DNA of 64,000 nt. Origin: Antechinus flavipes. Taxonomy: Eukaryota. Made by a program: the position numbers and the translations under genes. Shown in pieces: positions 49,570-62,420 of the stretch. The number at the start of each line of letters is the position of its first letter. Position 1 is the stretch's first letter. The stretch is taken from contig NC_067399.1 in NCBI RefSeq assembly GCF_016432865.1, positions 601,524,001-601,588,000 on the forward strand, written 5' to 3'. The notes under the pieces were generated by a model. It was not told the DNA's origin. It did not search any database and worked only from the letters and a program-made list of their open reading frames with translations.

Positions 49570-49760
49570 TAGGGAGCCAACATGACATGATGGGAAAATA
49601 GCTGGCTTATGTGTTAGGAATTCTTGGGTTCAAGTCATTCCTCTAACTCATATTGGCTGTGTGACCCTGGGCATAGCTTCTAGGTCTCAAATCCCTAGCA
49701 GCTTTATAAATCCTAAGAGAAGACCATGGGCTGCCCTGCTTTGGTAGAGGGTATTCCCTT
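49570..49760 (+). mobile_element. Marsupial CORE-SINE
   Basis: gggttcaagtcattcctctaactcatattggctgtgtgaccctgggca...gctttggtagagggt. Confidence 0.6.
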
Positions 49761-50769
49761 TACCACAATTGAGGCATCAAGAGGTTAAGGAGTTTGCCCC
49801 TGCTCATACAACTACTAAATGTCAGAATCAGGAATCCATTGGACCACCAGGTTCACTTCAGATAAATTAATTTTTCATCAACAGTAGTTTCCGAAGACTT
49901 TGTACTAAATCATAGGGAGGTTGTAATCACTTGATTTGGGATCCAACTTTCATTCCACTGCATTATAAGTGCCTGCTAATAGGCAAAAGGGCCATAGGGT
50001 CAAAGACATAGAAATAGAAAGGATTTAAACTATTTATTGGCTTTTATTTTAATGGACTTTTGATCCATTTGCCAAATTCCTGAATGATCTTCAGCAGGCA
50101 AGCAGGGGACAGATTTCTTGGGAAGGTATTAAGGAAAAGGTGGTAACTGCTCGTGCCCAATCCTTTATAATTTGTGATAGTTGCTCTCACAAAACTACTT
50201 GTCATAAATTCAGCCCCTCCCCACAGAAAGATGTGCTTCTGGGAACAGCCAGCTGATTGCTAAACACAGCTATTTTGCAAGATGGATGTAGTGAAACTCT
50301 GCTTTGCTCATGCTTTTGTCTTGGTAATAGGCTAACATTCTTGAAGGATGGTTTTCCCCTTAATGTTTGTTCTGCTTACTGTCCTTTTAAGGTCCTTTCC
50401 CTCTCTGAACAGGCACCCATATGCATTGTCTCAGGTCCCATTATGCCAGGGAGGGAGTGATTACATTCTCTGCTGGCAAGTGGAGGTCAAGTTCAATAAT
50501 TAAGAACCACACCAGTAAAAAGAGATGCCTGTGGTTAACATGACTAAGAAGAGATCATTTGATGCCTCAGGACAATTACTGACTGATGAAGTACTGAAAA
50601 AAAAAAAAAACAAGTTTTACTCTTTAATATATTCTCAATGTAATGAACTACTTGCCAAGTGTCAAACACATTTCAGTATAAACATACCACTCCAATCTGA
50701 GTTTTATTTGTAGATATCAAACCACATGCTTTTTACAGTGAACATGCCAATTAAAGTATACATAATGGA

Positions 50770-51582
50770 TTTTTTAAAATAATAGCCTTTTATTTTCAAA
50801 GTACATGCAAAGATAGTTTTCAATATTCATCCTTGCAAAACCTTGTGTTCCAAATTTCTTTCCCTTCCTCTTTCATCCCTTCCCCTAGATAGGTCCAACA
50901 TAGCTTAAACATGTGCAATTCTCTTTTAAACATATTTCCACATTTATCATGCTGCAAAATCATATCAAAAAGGGAAAAATAAGGAAGAAAAAACAATCAA
51001 GCAAACAAGAAAAAAGTGAAAATACTATGTTGTGATCCATATTCAGTTCCCATAGTGCTCTCTCTGGGTGCACATGGCTTTCTTTAATAAGTCTATAGAA
51101 ATTGGCCTGAATCATTGTTAAAAAGAGCTAAGTCCATCACAGTTGATCATCACATAATCTTCTTGTTGCTCTGTACAATGTTCTCTTGATTCATGTAAGC
51201 CTCTCCAGACCTTTCTTAAATCATCCTACTGATCATTTCTTATAGAAAATAAAATTATATTACATTCATATAGCATAACTTATTCAGCCATTCACCATCT
51301 GATGGACAGCCACTCGATTTCCAGTTTTTTGTCACTGCAAAAAGGAATGTTACATATATTTTTGCACATGTGCATCCTTTTTCCTTTTTTATGGTGTCTT
51401 TGGGATGCAGACCCAGTAGAGAACATTGCTAGATCAAAGGTATACACCGTTTGATAACTCTTTGGATATAGTTCCAATTTGCTCTTTAAAATGGTTGGAT
51501 CTGTTACTAACTCCACCAACAATGTGTTAGTGTCCCGGTTTTCCCACTTCCCCCCTCACATTTAAAATTATCTTTTCCTGTC
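50770..51582 (-). mobile_element. Older 5'-truncated L1 with diverged TSD
   Basis: L1 3'UTR and ORF2 end; flanks ATACATAATGGATTTT (50758-50773) and ATACATTATGAAATTT (51583-51598) match at 13/16. Confidence 0.85.
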
Positions 51583-53317
51583 ATACATTATGAAATTTTA
51601 TAGGGATGTGATATAGATTCTCATCTGAGAATTTATTCTTCAGTTCTTAAAGAAGTATTCTAAAAATAGAAAAAAATTAAACTAGACTTGTAATCTCATA
51701 GTTATAAGTGACTTGTCATATAGAACATTCTATCTTTCTAACAAAAATTATTATAAAGAAAAAAATGGAAAGTGAAATGTGGCATCTTATTCAGTATTGT
51801 TATATTGTTTTCTGCACTGGAAGTGGGACAATGAGATGTAATCTGGCATAGTAGATAAAGAATTGACCTTGGTTTAAATTCTCCCTGTTTCTTACACTTA
51901 CTAGCTGTGAGTAGGTGAGTCCCCTTTTTCATTCCCTAAACAACTTTCTAAAACTGGGAATTAGAGAAACATTGCTGATATACTTCAGTAGAGATTTTTT
52001 TAGGTATGAAATCTTGGATCTGGACACACATTCATGAGTAAGGGGATGAAATTGCTCTGATTATTTTCTTTTACTGCCATAACCCAAGTTTCCAACAAAG
52101 TTTCCTTAGATCTTTTGTTTGCTGTTGCTTAGGGGAGACTGGATTGGTGAAAAGAAGGTTGAGGCAAGTCTGCATTTGAGCTTCAGGGACAGGAACTGGT
52201 CTGCAGAAAATATAGCACAAGTGCCCTATTTAAAGAAGCATGTCTATTCTCCAAGGCTTCCATCCCAACTTCACCCTTCAGATAGGCACAGAGTCTTGGA
52301 TCAGTATTCTCTCCACCACTTGAGTCCCCCTAAGTAACAGCAAGAAAAAAGCTTAAAAGACTTTGTTGGAAACCGAGATTAAGCTGCTACTTCAGTGTCA
52401 GTGGTTGTGGAAGTGACCTTGGATTCTAAAAGGCTTTCCCACTGGAATAAAAGCTCTGGCAATTGGTATCACCTGGTTTTCAGCCACAATCACTCCTGAA
52501 CATCATTAATGGTACTAAATTGTCAAAGGCCTGTGATTAGCTGTGGTGATAAGGGACTTCATTGTGATGAAATTGCAAACTCATCAAGAACCGAAGTAGC
52601 ATAAGAAATAGTTTAAAAGAAGCTCTTTGCAGACAAATGCTTTAGGCTCTAGGCAGTTTGTCATTTTTACCTCTTCCAGAAAAAAGCAAAAATTTTTTCT
52701 TAGAATATAAGAATATACAAAAAAAAAACTTCTAAATACAGATTCTGAGTTCCGCATGAATGGAAATGTTATGAGATTAAATATATTTCCTCTCAAATTG
52801 GAATTTTGCTTCCACATTTCCTGGTAAATTAAAGCTACTCATTAGCTACTATGGGTTCCCATTATGTACTCAGCAAAATCTTTGCTCCATGACTATCTTC
52901 CAAATTAAACTTGGGAGTTTCCAGGAAAATTCCAACTAATGTTTAAATCAGTCAAAAGTTAAACTAAAGGAAAGAAAAACAAAACAAAACAAAAATACCC
53001 TTTCCTCTCTTAGCTTTTGCATTTCATTTATGAGGCAGTAGGAATAGATTGCCTTTATCCCTGGGATCTGAGAGGGTTTTTCACAAAAGGATAAGGCTGA
53101 GGGAAATGTATAGGGTCTTGTCAAAAAGGTCACTGAAAAAATCCTTCTGAACTGTAGCATGTAATCTGGATACAATTGAGGACTGTTCAGGAAGTTATAC
53201 ATGCTTTATGGAGTCATACATGCTTTATTATACATGGAATCTGAAATGCAATTTCTGTTTTTCGCCTTTGAGATTCATCTAGTCTAACCTCTTTATTTTT
53301 TTTAGAGAAGTCTCTAA

Positions 53318-53565
53318 GAGCACCTAGATGGCTCAGTAGATAGAACACTGAGTTTGGAATCAAGAAGATTAATCTTCATGAGCTTAAATTCAGCCTTAGA
53401 TACCAGTGTTATGACCCTGGACAAGTCACTTAATCCAGTTTGCCTCAGTTTCCTTATCTGTAAAATGATCTTGAAAAGAAAATAGTAAATGCCACTTAGG
53501 AGTTTTTGCCAAGAAAATCCCATATAGGGTCATGAAAAGTTGAACACTATGCAAAAACATTCAAA
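53318..53565 (+). mobile_element. MAR1 SINE, full length
   Basis: gagcacctagatggctcagtagatagaac...cctcagtttccttatctgtaaaatg...tttttgccaagaaaatccc. Confidence 0.82.
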
Positions 53566-54619
53566 AAGAACACATGTTCAGTTAGTATGGATTGGCCAAG
53601 ATGAATAAATAAGTTTTGTTTTTAGGCCATAATAATTGTATTTTGGCTGTTACCAGAAGAATATATGTTATTGCTCCCGTGAATAGAGGTACAACCAAAA
53701 GGTGATACTTTATTACTTGGATGGAATCATGGTATTATTATGGGAATCTTTCTAGTAATACTGATTGCATCCCACCCATGTCTTTTCTAGCTTGTCTTTG
53801 TCTTTTCAGAAATGCTGTGGGCACCTCCCAATTTTTCAAAACTTTCCTTGATCTCTCTCAACAGCTCTTGGATACAATGAAGGAAATGGGTTACTTTATT
53901 GCTTATCACTAGTGTAATATATGGCTGGCCATATACCCTTCTGATGACATCCTTTACTGTGCTATTCCAGCACCCTACACCCATGTATCCCCCTAGTCCT
54001 TCTTTAAGATTCTGCATTTTTATGAAACACTAAAATTGTTGTTTGCTGTTATGTTGATCTACTTATTCAAATTATCTTTTTGCATCCACAGGACAATGTA
54101 GCCCACAATCTCTGCAACTTGTTGCCAATTGTGTAACTGTCAAAATATAGTCTGATGCAGAAAAATATGAAAGGTTATCTCTAAGCTCTTCCTAACTTTA
54201 TCAAGTAAACTGTTGATACAGATTTAAGTTAGTCTTATAAATATTTTATACAAATGGAAGCCTAGGCAGAAGGGTAACACTACAGCCTATGGCATTTCCT
54301 AAGCATTTAGTGTCTTCTTTTATGTCAGATATTCAATAGTTTCCTCAAAACCTTCAAAATTGTTTCTTCTGGTTTTTACCTTAAATACCCTGAAAATGAT
54401 TCTAGTGAATTAGGACTCTAGACAAGATTTCTATTTTTTTTCTTATAAATTTATCATCTTTGTTTCTTCTCTAGCATGTAGCACAATGAGCTTCACATAG
54501 TGACAGGGAAAGAAACCAGACTTGTGATTTTATTGACATAGGAAACATCTACATGAAGAAACTCTAACTATCCACACAGGTAGAAACCTTCTCTACTGTG
54601 CCTTAAGTTAAAAAGTTGT

Positions 54620-54778
54620 CTGTGGTGTCAAATTAAAATAGAAACCTAAACATTTATGAATTAATATGATCTATGTTGTATTTTAATTTTGGTAAATATT
54701 TCCCAATTAAATTTTAATCTTGTTTGGGGAGTTTTGTAGGTCACGATTGCTCAAGGGGAGTTTGATTTTGACACATCT
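54620..54778. mobile_element. hAT MITE (Charlie/MER-type, ggtgtcaaa...ttttgacac termini)
   Basis: Imperfect TIR gtgtcaaa / tttgacac. Confidence 0.55.
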
Positions 54779-54786
54779 TCCTAGTG

Positions 54787-55124
54787 CAGGGTTTCTTAAA
54801 CTTTTTTCCACTTATGACTCCTTTTTGCCCAAGAAATTATATGACCTTGGGTATAAAGGTTTTCAAATAGGTATAAAATTCAAAATTTACTGATAATAAA
54901 TTTAAAAAATTTATTCAAAACAATACTTTGGTGTTTATGTAATTTTACCATTTATTAATAAAGTAAATTTGCATATTAATAAAATGTATGTTCCTTTTTT
55001 ACACAAATAATTAAATCTCAACAGAATATTTGATACATTTTACTGTTGCCAAGTTTTTCATGACCCCTGACACTCAATTATGTGATGCTATATGGAGTTG
55101 CAACCCTTAATTTAAGAAACTTTG
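54787..55124. mobile_element. hAT-Charlie MITE (338 bp) with TIRs and 8-bp TSD
   Basis: TIR CAGGGTTTCTTAAA / TTTAAGAAACTTTG (12/14); TSD TCCTAGTG (54779-54786) and TCCTAGAG (55125-55132). Confidence 0.85.
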
Positions 55125-55309
55125 TCCTAGAGCATTGAGAGAGTTATGATTTGACTAGAGTTACACAACCAATATGTGTCAGAGGTAAGATTTTAACCTA
55201 TGCCTTCTGACTCCAACATGAGGTCTCTATCCAGTATAACATGTAGCCTGAATGAATCACACATAGAAGACATTTACTAAATATTTGTTGAATACGTGAT
55301 CTAACTTCA

Positions 55310-56600
55310 TTACTTTTTTATAGGACTGGTTATCTTTTTGTTATTTTTGAAGACAATCAATGACATGGGATGGTTGAAGTCCAGTGGCAAGAAAAAAATC
55401 AGGAAAATTGGTGATGGCCTGTATTGCAATGGATAGCCTTGGTTTCTTCCCTGTCTGACCAAGTTTTTTTTTTTTTTTTTTAATAACTTTTTATTGATAG
55501 AACCCATGCCAGGGTAATTTTTTACAGCATTATCCTTGCATTCACTTCTGTTCCGATTTTTCCCCTCTCTCCCTTCACCCCCTCCCCCAGATGGCAAGCA
55601 GTCCTTTACATGTTGAATAGGTTACAGTATATCCTAGATACAATATATGTGTGCAGAACCAAAAAGTTTTCTTGTTGCACAGGGAGAATTGAATTAAGAA
55701 GAATTCCCGGGAAGAAAAACAAGAGTGCAAGCAGTTTATATTCATTTCCCAGTCTTCTTTCTTTGGGTGTAGCTGCTTCTGTCCTCCTTGATCAATTGAA
55801 ACTGAATTAGCTCTCTTTATCGAAGAGATCCATTTCCATCAGAATACATCCTCATACAGTATGTTGTTGAGGTATTTAATGATCTGGTTCTGCTCATTTC
55901 ACTTAGCATCAGTTCATGTAAATCTCGCCAGTCCTCTCTGTATTCATCCCACTGGTCATTCCTTACAGAACAATAATATTCCATAATGTTCATATACCAC
56001 AATTTACTCAACCATTCTCCAATTGATGGGCATCCATTCATTTTCCAGCTTCTAGCCACTACAAACAGGGCTGCCACAAATATTTTGGCACATACAGGTC
56101 CCTTTCCCTTCTTTAGTATCTCTTTGGGTATAAGCCCAGTAGAAACAATGCTGGATCAAAGGGTATGCACAGTTTGATAACTTTTTGAGCATAGTTCCAA
56201 ATTGCGCTCCAGAATGGCTGGATGTGTTCACAATTCCACCAACAATGTATCAGTCTGACCAAGTTCTAAGTATTCCACAGCACCTACTTCAGCCGCCTTC
56301 ATGCCTGTTGGAACAAATTGTTCTCTTTTGTTCATTCTGTCATTCTATCATATCTATCATTTCTTCATGTGTTTGGAGTAGACATCCCCCTAACTCACTG
56401 ATGTTAATTACCCCCAACCTGGTTTAGCCCCTTTGCCAAGACAGTTTCCAAGGCTGTGGCCACTGTGCATGCTACAGCTTCCTGCAACCACAGGTAAGAA
56501 TTGTTTGAAGGTGAACAACAAGGGTGGATGAGAAGCTCTGAAAAGGGCTAAACTCTCATGTCAGAGGTGCTAGTCCTTCCGGAACACCCTATATTTCCCA
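55310..56600 (-). mobile_element. Long RTE-related marsupial SINE/element interrupted by a young L1
   Basis: The left part resembles the 10975 family (gaagacaatcaatgacat..ccagtggcaag..gatggcc); sequence resumes after the L1 TSD. Confidence 0.5.
55464..56252 (-). mobile_element. Young 5'-truncated L1 (~790 bp) with 13-bp TSD
   Basis: TSD GTCTGACCAAGTT at 55453-55465 and 56253-56265; long poly(T); ORF2 end MAALFVVARSWKMNGCPSIGEW. Confidence 0.95.
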
Positions 56601-56819
56601 GTGTTAGGTTGCTAAGTAGATAGCTAAGGCTACAGAAGATTTATCTAGCTATCACTTATGTATTTGACTCAGCCAGAAAAACACTGGCCAAGCTCTAGAG
56701 ATATTAGCTAGATAATGTAGTTAGGGAGATCTTTACTATGTTCAATAATTTTATGGAAAAATATTGACTATTGATTATTGTCAATAAATAAAAAGATCTT
56801 TAGTAGCTTGTTACTGATT

Positions 56820-57090
56820 CTGTATTTGTTGTAAAGGCATGGATAAAGACACAAAAAGCATGTTTGTTTACTGTTTAAGTGGCACGAATTGGGGTAAGGA
56901 AAGAATGCTGGTAGTAGTTATTGTTAGCCAATTGGAACAACAGAAGCAGGATTCAAAAATCTTCATGAGCTGAGTAGATCAACCAAAATTAACAAATGAA
57001 ATTTAATATGGACCAATATAAAGCTCTACATTTAAGTAAAAAGGAAAGTAATTATTTGAGTATAGAATGTGGAAGAATTTGATTAATACT
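56820..57090 (+). mobile_element. L3/CR1 LINE fragment
   Basis: gcaggattcaaaaatctt...atgaaatttaatatggaccaatataaagctctacattta resembles the CR1 RT C-terminal (MKFN..KCKV) region. Confidence 0.6.
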
Positions 57091-57439
57091 GTAGAAGCAC
57101 ATTACTTTTTCTGTTTCTCCAGTAATATTAAGAAATATATACTTATTTAGCCAAACAACCTTTACAAACTTGTTCTATTATGTAGTTTGGGTCAAGGAAA
57201 AAAAAAGACTTTGCTCTTAAATGGATTATGGATGGCAACCAAAATTTTCTCTTCTTGATTAGATTCTTGTTTTCCCAGTTCTCTTAAGCAATTGGCCTGT
57301 CACCCACTCTAGGCAAATGTTTTCTACTGTTATTCAAAAAGAAGTGACATATTGATTTCTGGCAGAAAGCTTTTGCTTTCAATCCTTGAGGGAAGAGTGA
57401 CCAAAAAAGAACTTAATGACTGTAGTTAACTCAATGTCA

Positions 57440-58625
57440 GTTGTCTCTCCTAGATCTATTTCTCTAGGACAGTTGTTTTTCCAATGAGGTATTTTATATT
57501 TTCTTCTGTTTTTCCAATTTCTTTGTTTTGTTTAACTGATTCTTGATGTATCATTGAGTCATTTGCTTCCATTTGTTGAATTCTAATTTTTAGTGAATTA
57601 TTTTCTTCAGTTAGCTTTATCTCATTTTGCATTTGTCCAATTGAATTTTTAAATGAATTGTTTTGTTCAGTGGATTTTTTCCCATTTCATAAATTCTGTT
57701 TTTCAATGAGATAGTTTCAAGTCTATTTTGTAAGGAGTTATATACTTTTTCCATTTCATTAAATCGATTTTGTAAGGAGTTTTATTCAGATAATTTTTGT
57801 GTTTCCTTTTCTAAACTCTCCTGCAATGTTCTCATTTCCTTTCCCCATTTTTCTTCTACTCTCTTTTAAGATTCTTTTTGAATTCTTTCATGAGAGACTT
57901 GTGAAATGGGGACCAACTCATATCATCTTCATCTGGAACGTTCATCTGGATGAAGGGCTTCATCTGTAAAAGATTTACCTTTAGTGTGCTCACAGTTTGA
58001 GGTCAGTTTTTCTCTTTCTCCATAAAAGCTATCTAAGGTCAGAGGAGTTCTTGTTTTTGTTTGTTTGTTTTTTGCTTTTTTGCTCATTTAAAAAAAAATG
58101 ACCTCTGCTCTTAGGGAAAAGGGGAGATTGTCCCAAACTTCCTCTATAGGTGACAGCTTTATACTATCCTGGATCAGTGATGCTGATTTTCTTCCTGTGC
58201 TGGGTGGGCATGGCCAAGTTCCATAATATTCTGGGGTTCAGAGACTCACTATTTGCCTTTTGTATTTGTATTGTAGGTCTCACAGCTAATCTGCTGATCC
58301 ATTGGCTTCTGAACCAGGAGAGTAGCCAACACTGCTCTATTTTGGCTAAGAACCTCCTGGTAAATTCCCCAGACCTGCCTCATTGTGTAGTGCTCATATG
58401 CTTCCATCCCCTTTCTTCTCCCCCTTTTACCTCCTTGCCCAATTGAAACAGACTTTTCCTGAAGTTCTTCCAAAATACCTTCTGCTAGAAATGTATTACA
58501 ATCCAAATATTTGCATGTTCTGTCACTCCAAAACCAGTTCAGAGGCTTAATCTGATGTTGATTTGAGGGAAACCAGGAAGAGTTCAGATAAAGATCAGTC
58601 TACTCTCAGCCATCTTGGCTCCACC
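57440..58625 (-). mobile_element. L1 5'UTR and ORF1, 3'-truncated
   Basis: Ends cagccatcttggctcc (reverse L1 start); reverse ORF1-like coiled-coil sequence. Confidence 0.65.
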
Positions 58626-58629
58626 CTTC

Positions 58630-61060
58630 CCCATGTCTCTCTGAAATCATTTCCTTCATAATTTCTTATAAAACAACGTTAGTGCATCACATTTGCATTT
58701 CCACAACTGTTTTAATCATTCCCCAACTATTGGGTACCCTCTCAGATGTCCATTTTTGCTAGCTTAAAAAGAGCAAATAAATATTTTTCTATATCTTTGA
58801 AACATTTTTTCCTTAGAAGTAATTCTTTTGCTAATATACTTACCATAATAATTTTTTCATTCTCTCTTATTCCCTTCCTTTACTTTTTCCTGTGGAGTGA
58901 AATGTATTTCTGTACCCACCTGTATAGGTATATATTTTTCCCTCCTTTGTCTAGTTCAGGTGAGAATGAGGTTCAATTTCCTTCTCCCATCCCTTTTCTT
59001 TGTTTGTATAGATTTTTTTTTTTTTTTTTTAGTATCCTGACTGTGTAAGGTAATTTTTATTAACTTACTTTTTTCTTCCCAGCTCCACTTCAGCATATTC
59101 TTCTTTTCCTTCATTAAAACATATCAGAACTGATCTTTCCATGGTTTTTCATTTAATTAGACCTCTTTTATGACCCCCTAATAATGATAGGATTCACTGG
59201 GACACACGTATCTCCTTTCCTGTTGGCACATAAGCAGTTTATTCTTGTTTAGTTCTTCATCATTATTTATCATGTTTACCTTTCCATGCCTCACTCCTGT
59301 GTTCAAAATTCAATATTTCTACTCAACTTTGGATCTTTTAGTCAGAAATGCTGGAAGTCCTTTATTTCATTAAAGATCAATTTCCTCCCTGTGAGATTAC
59401 ATTCATTTTTTCTGGGTAAATTATGGTTGGCTAGAAGTCTATATTCTTTCATTTCTAGAAAAGCATATCCCAAACTCTCCACTCCTTTATAGTGGTGCTG
59501 GTAAATAGTGTATATTTCAAACTCTAATCTTTCAGGACTTGAAATCTTTCTTTCTGATTACTCCTGGTAGTTTTTCGTTGACTTGGAATTTTTGAATTGA
59601 GACTATAATGTTTCTGGAAGTTTATAATTTCGGATTTTCTTTCAAAAACTGGTGATTAGTGAATTCTTTCTTGTGCTTTGATCTTGCTCTCTGGTTCTAA
59701 GAAATTTGAGCAGTTTTCTTTTTATATTTCTGGAAATATGCTATTTAGACTTTTGGTTTATAGCATTTTATACATTAATCATATCATTTCATTTATCTAA
59801 TTATCCTTACATTTTTCTTTTTTAACTGTTTTCCAGGCCAGTTGCTTTGTTTTGAGATACTTTTTATTTTCTTTTTGTTTTCATCTTTTGACTTTATTTT
59901 TATGTTCCTTGTTTTCTCATGGAATCATTGTCTTCTCTTTGGTCTATTCTAATTTTCAGTGAGTTTGTTGGTTAGGGAAAGTTTTTTTTTAACATATTAT
60001 GCCAAAACTATTATTTCACCTTTACTATTCTTTCCTCCACATTTCTCATTTATTTTCCATTTGTTTTTCCTTTAAAAATCCCATTTCATTGACCAAAATA
60101 TTAAAAAATGACTTTTAAAAATCTTTTGCTTTATCTCTTCTGAAAATTCTAGTTGAATTTTTTTCCAACCTGAATTTTTCTTTTAGACTTTGTGACATTT
60201 TGAAGTCATAGTCTTCTTTTGAATTTGTGTCTTAAGCATCCCTGTCAACATAAAAGATTTAAATTTTTTTTTTTGCTCATTTTCCCAGTATACTTTCTGA
60301 CTTCTATTGGTGGAAAGGTTTGGGCCAATTCTGTTGCTGCTTTCTTTAAACTGTAATCTTATTTCAAGATTTCAGGGATAGCTCAAGTTCTTGCAAGTGT
60401 TCAGGACTCCCATAGTGGTCTAATCTAGAGTAAAATCCTATTTCTGTCTTCAAAATTTAAGATCTATAAGTTCTTGCCCTAGGTTTGGTTTTGAATAGAG
60501 TAATTTCCTGTTGGACTTAGCTATTATAAGTTTGCTGAAAAGTTCTGCTGGTTCTGAACTGCAGGTTCCTCTTTAGTCTGGAATTCCTGCCCTAATTTTT
60601 CTTAAGCAGACTTCAGAGTAGGCTAGAAGCTGATCATCTCCTGAGATCTGACTAACACTGCTGCTTCTAGTTTCTGAATCTGCTCTACTCTTGGTACACA
60701 ACTCAGGACCTATGGTGGAGTGGGGGCACATTGCCTTCTTCATTTTGCTCTGGGTCTGCGAACCCAGACCTAGGTAATGAGTGACAAAACTTCCACTTGG
60801 CACTTGTCTCCATTAAGGTGCTCCAGTATGGATATGATGCCACCACTTGCCATGATGTACCATCTTTCCTTATAACTTCTTCCTATGCTCCTAAACCTCC
60901 TAAAAAGGTCCATCTTTAGTGCTCCAGACTAGAAAAAGGACTCACAATGACTTTTCTTTGGATTTCTACATTAGGATTTGATCTGGTGTATTTTCTAGAT
61001 CTATTGGAAGGGAAAGACCTCATAGAATTGCTTTCAGCTACTCCACCATCTTGGTTCTTC
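58630..61060 (-). mobile_element. HAL1-like / internally deleted old L1
   Basis: ~2.4 kb from the 5' start (ctccaccatcttggtt at ~61041-61057) through ORF1-like sequence to L1 3'-like sequence, without a long ORF2. Confidence 0.55.
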
Positions 61061-61183
61061 CCCAATTAATGTGAAGTAAATTTGTTTCTGGAAGAGTTGT
61101 ACCTAAAATGTAGAGTACAGTATTAATAATATTTTTCTTCAACAATTTTCTTCACACATTTGTATAAATGACTTGGTAATTTT

Positions 61184-61752
61184 TTTTGGAATTTGAAATC
61201 ATTTTTTAAAATTCCCATATCATACTGTTGCCTTTTCTTTTCTTTTTTCTTAATTATAGCTTTTTATTTACAAGATATATGCATAGGTAATTTTTCAGTA
61301 CTGACAGTTACAAATCCTTTTGTTCCAACTTTTTCCCTCCTTCCCCCCACCCCTTCCCCCAGATAGCAAGTTGACCAATACATGTTAAATATGTTAAAGT
61401 ATAAGTTAAATACAATATATGTATACATGTCCAAACAGTTAATTTGCTGTATAAAAAGAGTAGGACTTTAAAATAGTGCACAATTAGCCTGTGAAGGAAA
61501 TAAGAAATGCAGGCAGACAAAAATAGAAGGATTGAGAATTCTATGTAGTGGTTCATAGTCATCTCCCAGAGTTCTTTCCCTGGGTGTAGCTGGTTCAGTT
61601 CATTACTGCTCTATTGGAATTGATTGGAAGATGGGTTCATCTTCATTGTTGAAGAGGGCCACGTCCATCAGAATTGATCATTATATAGTATTGTTGTTGA
61701 AGTATATGATGATCTTCTGGAACTGCTCATTTCATTCAGCAACAGTTCATAT
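61184..61752 (-). mobile_element. 5'-truncated L1 3'UTR (61251-61752) plus extra 3' sequence, within a 17-bp TSD
   Basis: Direct repeat AATGACTTGGTAATTTT at 61167-61183 and 61753-61769. Confidence 0.88.
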
Positions 61753-61939
61753 AATGACTTGGTAATTTTAATGTACTTCAAACTCATTTTGAATTAGCAG
61801 TGTGCTATGAATGTAAAACTCCCCACTGAAACCAATTCAATTTAACAAATATTTATTATGTACCTATGATTCTGAAGGTACTGTGCCAGAGGTGGGAGGG
61901 TACTGAACCAGGAAAGTGAGTTATAGTGTAATTTGCACT

Positions 61940-62190
61940 GTTCAGGCCATATTTGAATTACTGCTTTCATTTCTGGGAACCATTTTTAAGAGGGACACTG
62001 ATGAATTGCATCCAGGGTAGGGGAGCAGAATGATGAAGAGTTTTAAAATCAAATCATATTAAGAATGATTAAGGAACTGAGGCTATTTAGAGAGAAAAGT
62101 CTAAGTATTTTTATGGCAAGGGGAAGAAGGAAAACATATGTTACTTATCTTCAAATATTTGAAGATAATCTTCAAATATTGAAGATAATT
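61940..62190 (+). mobile_element. L3/CR1 3' fragment
   Basis: ggccatatttgaattactg..tttaagagggacactgatgaatt..ggaactgaggctatttag. Confidence 0.6.
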
Positions 62191-62420
62191 TGTCATAAAT
62201 AATAGCATTATATATATGTGTGTATATCTATTTATATAATAGTTTATGTATTTATATTATAGTTATATATAACTATATGTATTTACAATTATATGTAATT
62301 ATTCATAACATGTGTAATATATTCATATGTAATTTTATATGCTACATACTATGTAATTATGCAATGTATATTATATGCATATATATGTGTGTATGCACAT
62401 ATGTGTGAATATATTATACA
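62190..62420. repeat. TA-rich low-complexity tract
   Basis: Direct reading. Confidence 0.85.

Larger units (their letters stand above)
54520..55225 (-). mobile_element. Marsupial CORE-SINE interrupted by two hAT MITEs
   Basis: SINE halves at ~54520-54620 and 55125-55225 flank the MITEs. Confidence 0.55.

Noticed and set aside
56615-56655. GATAGCTA/TAGCTATC inverted repeat as a miRNA or structured RNA
   Set aside because: An 8-bp AT-rich stem is too short for a pre-miRNA and is expected by chance.
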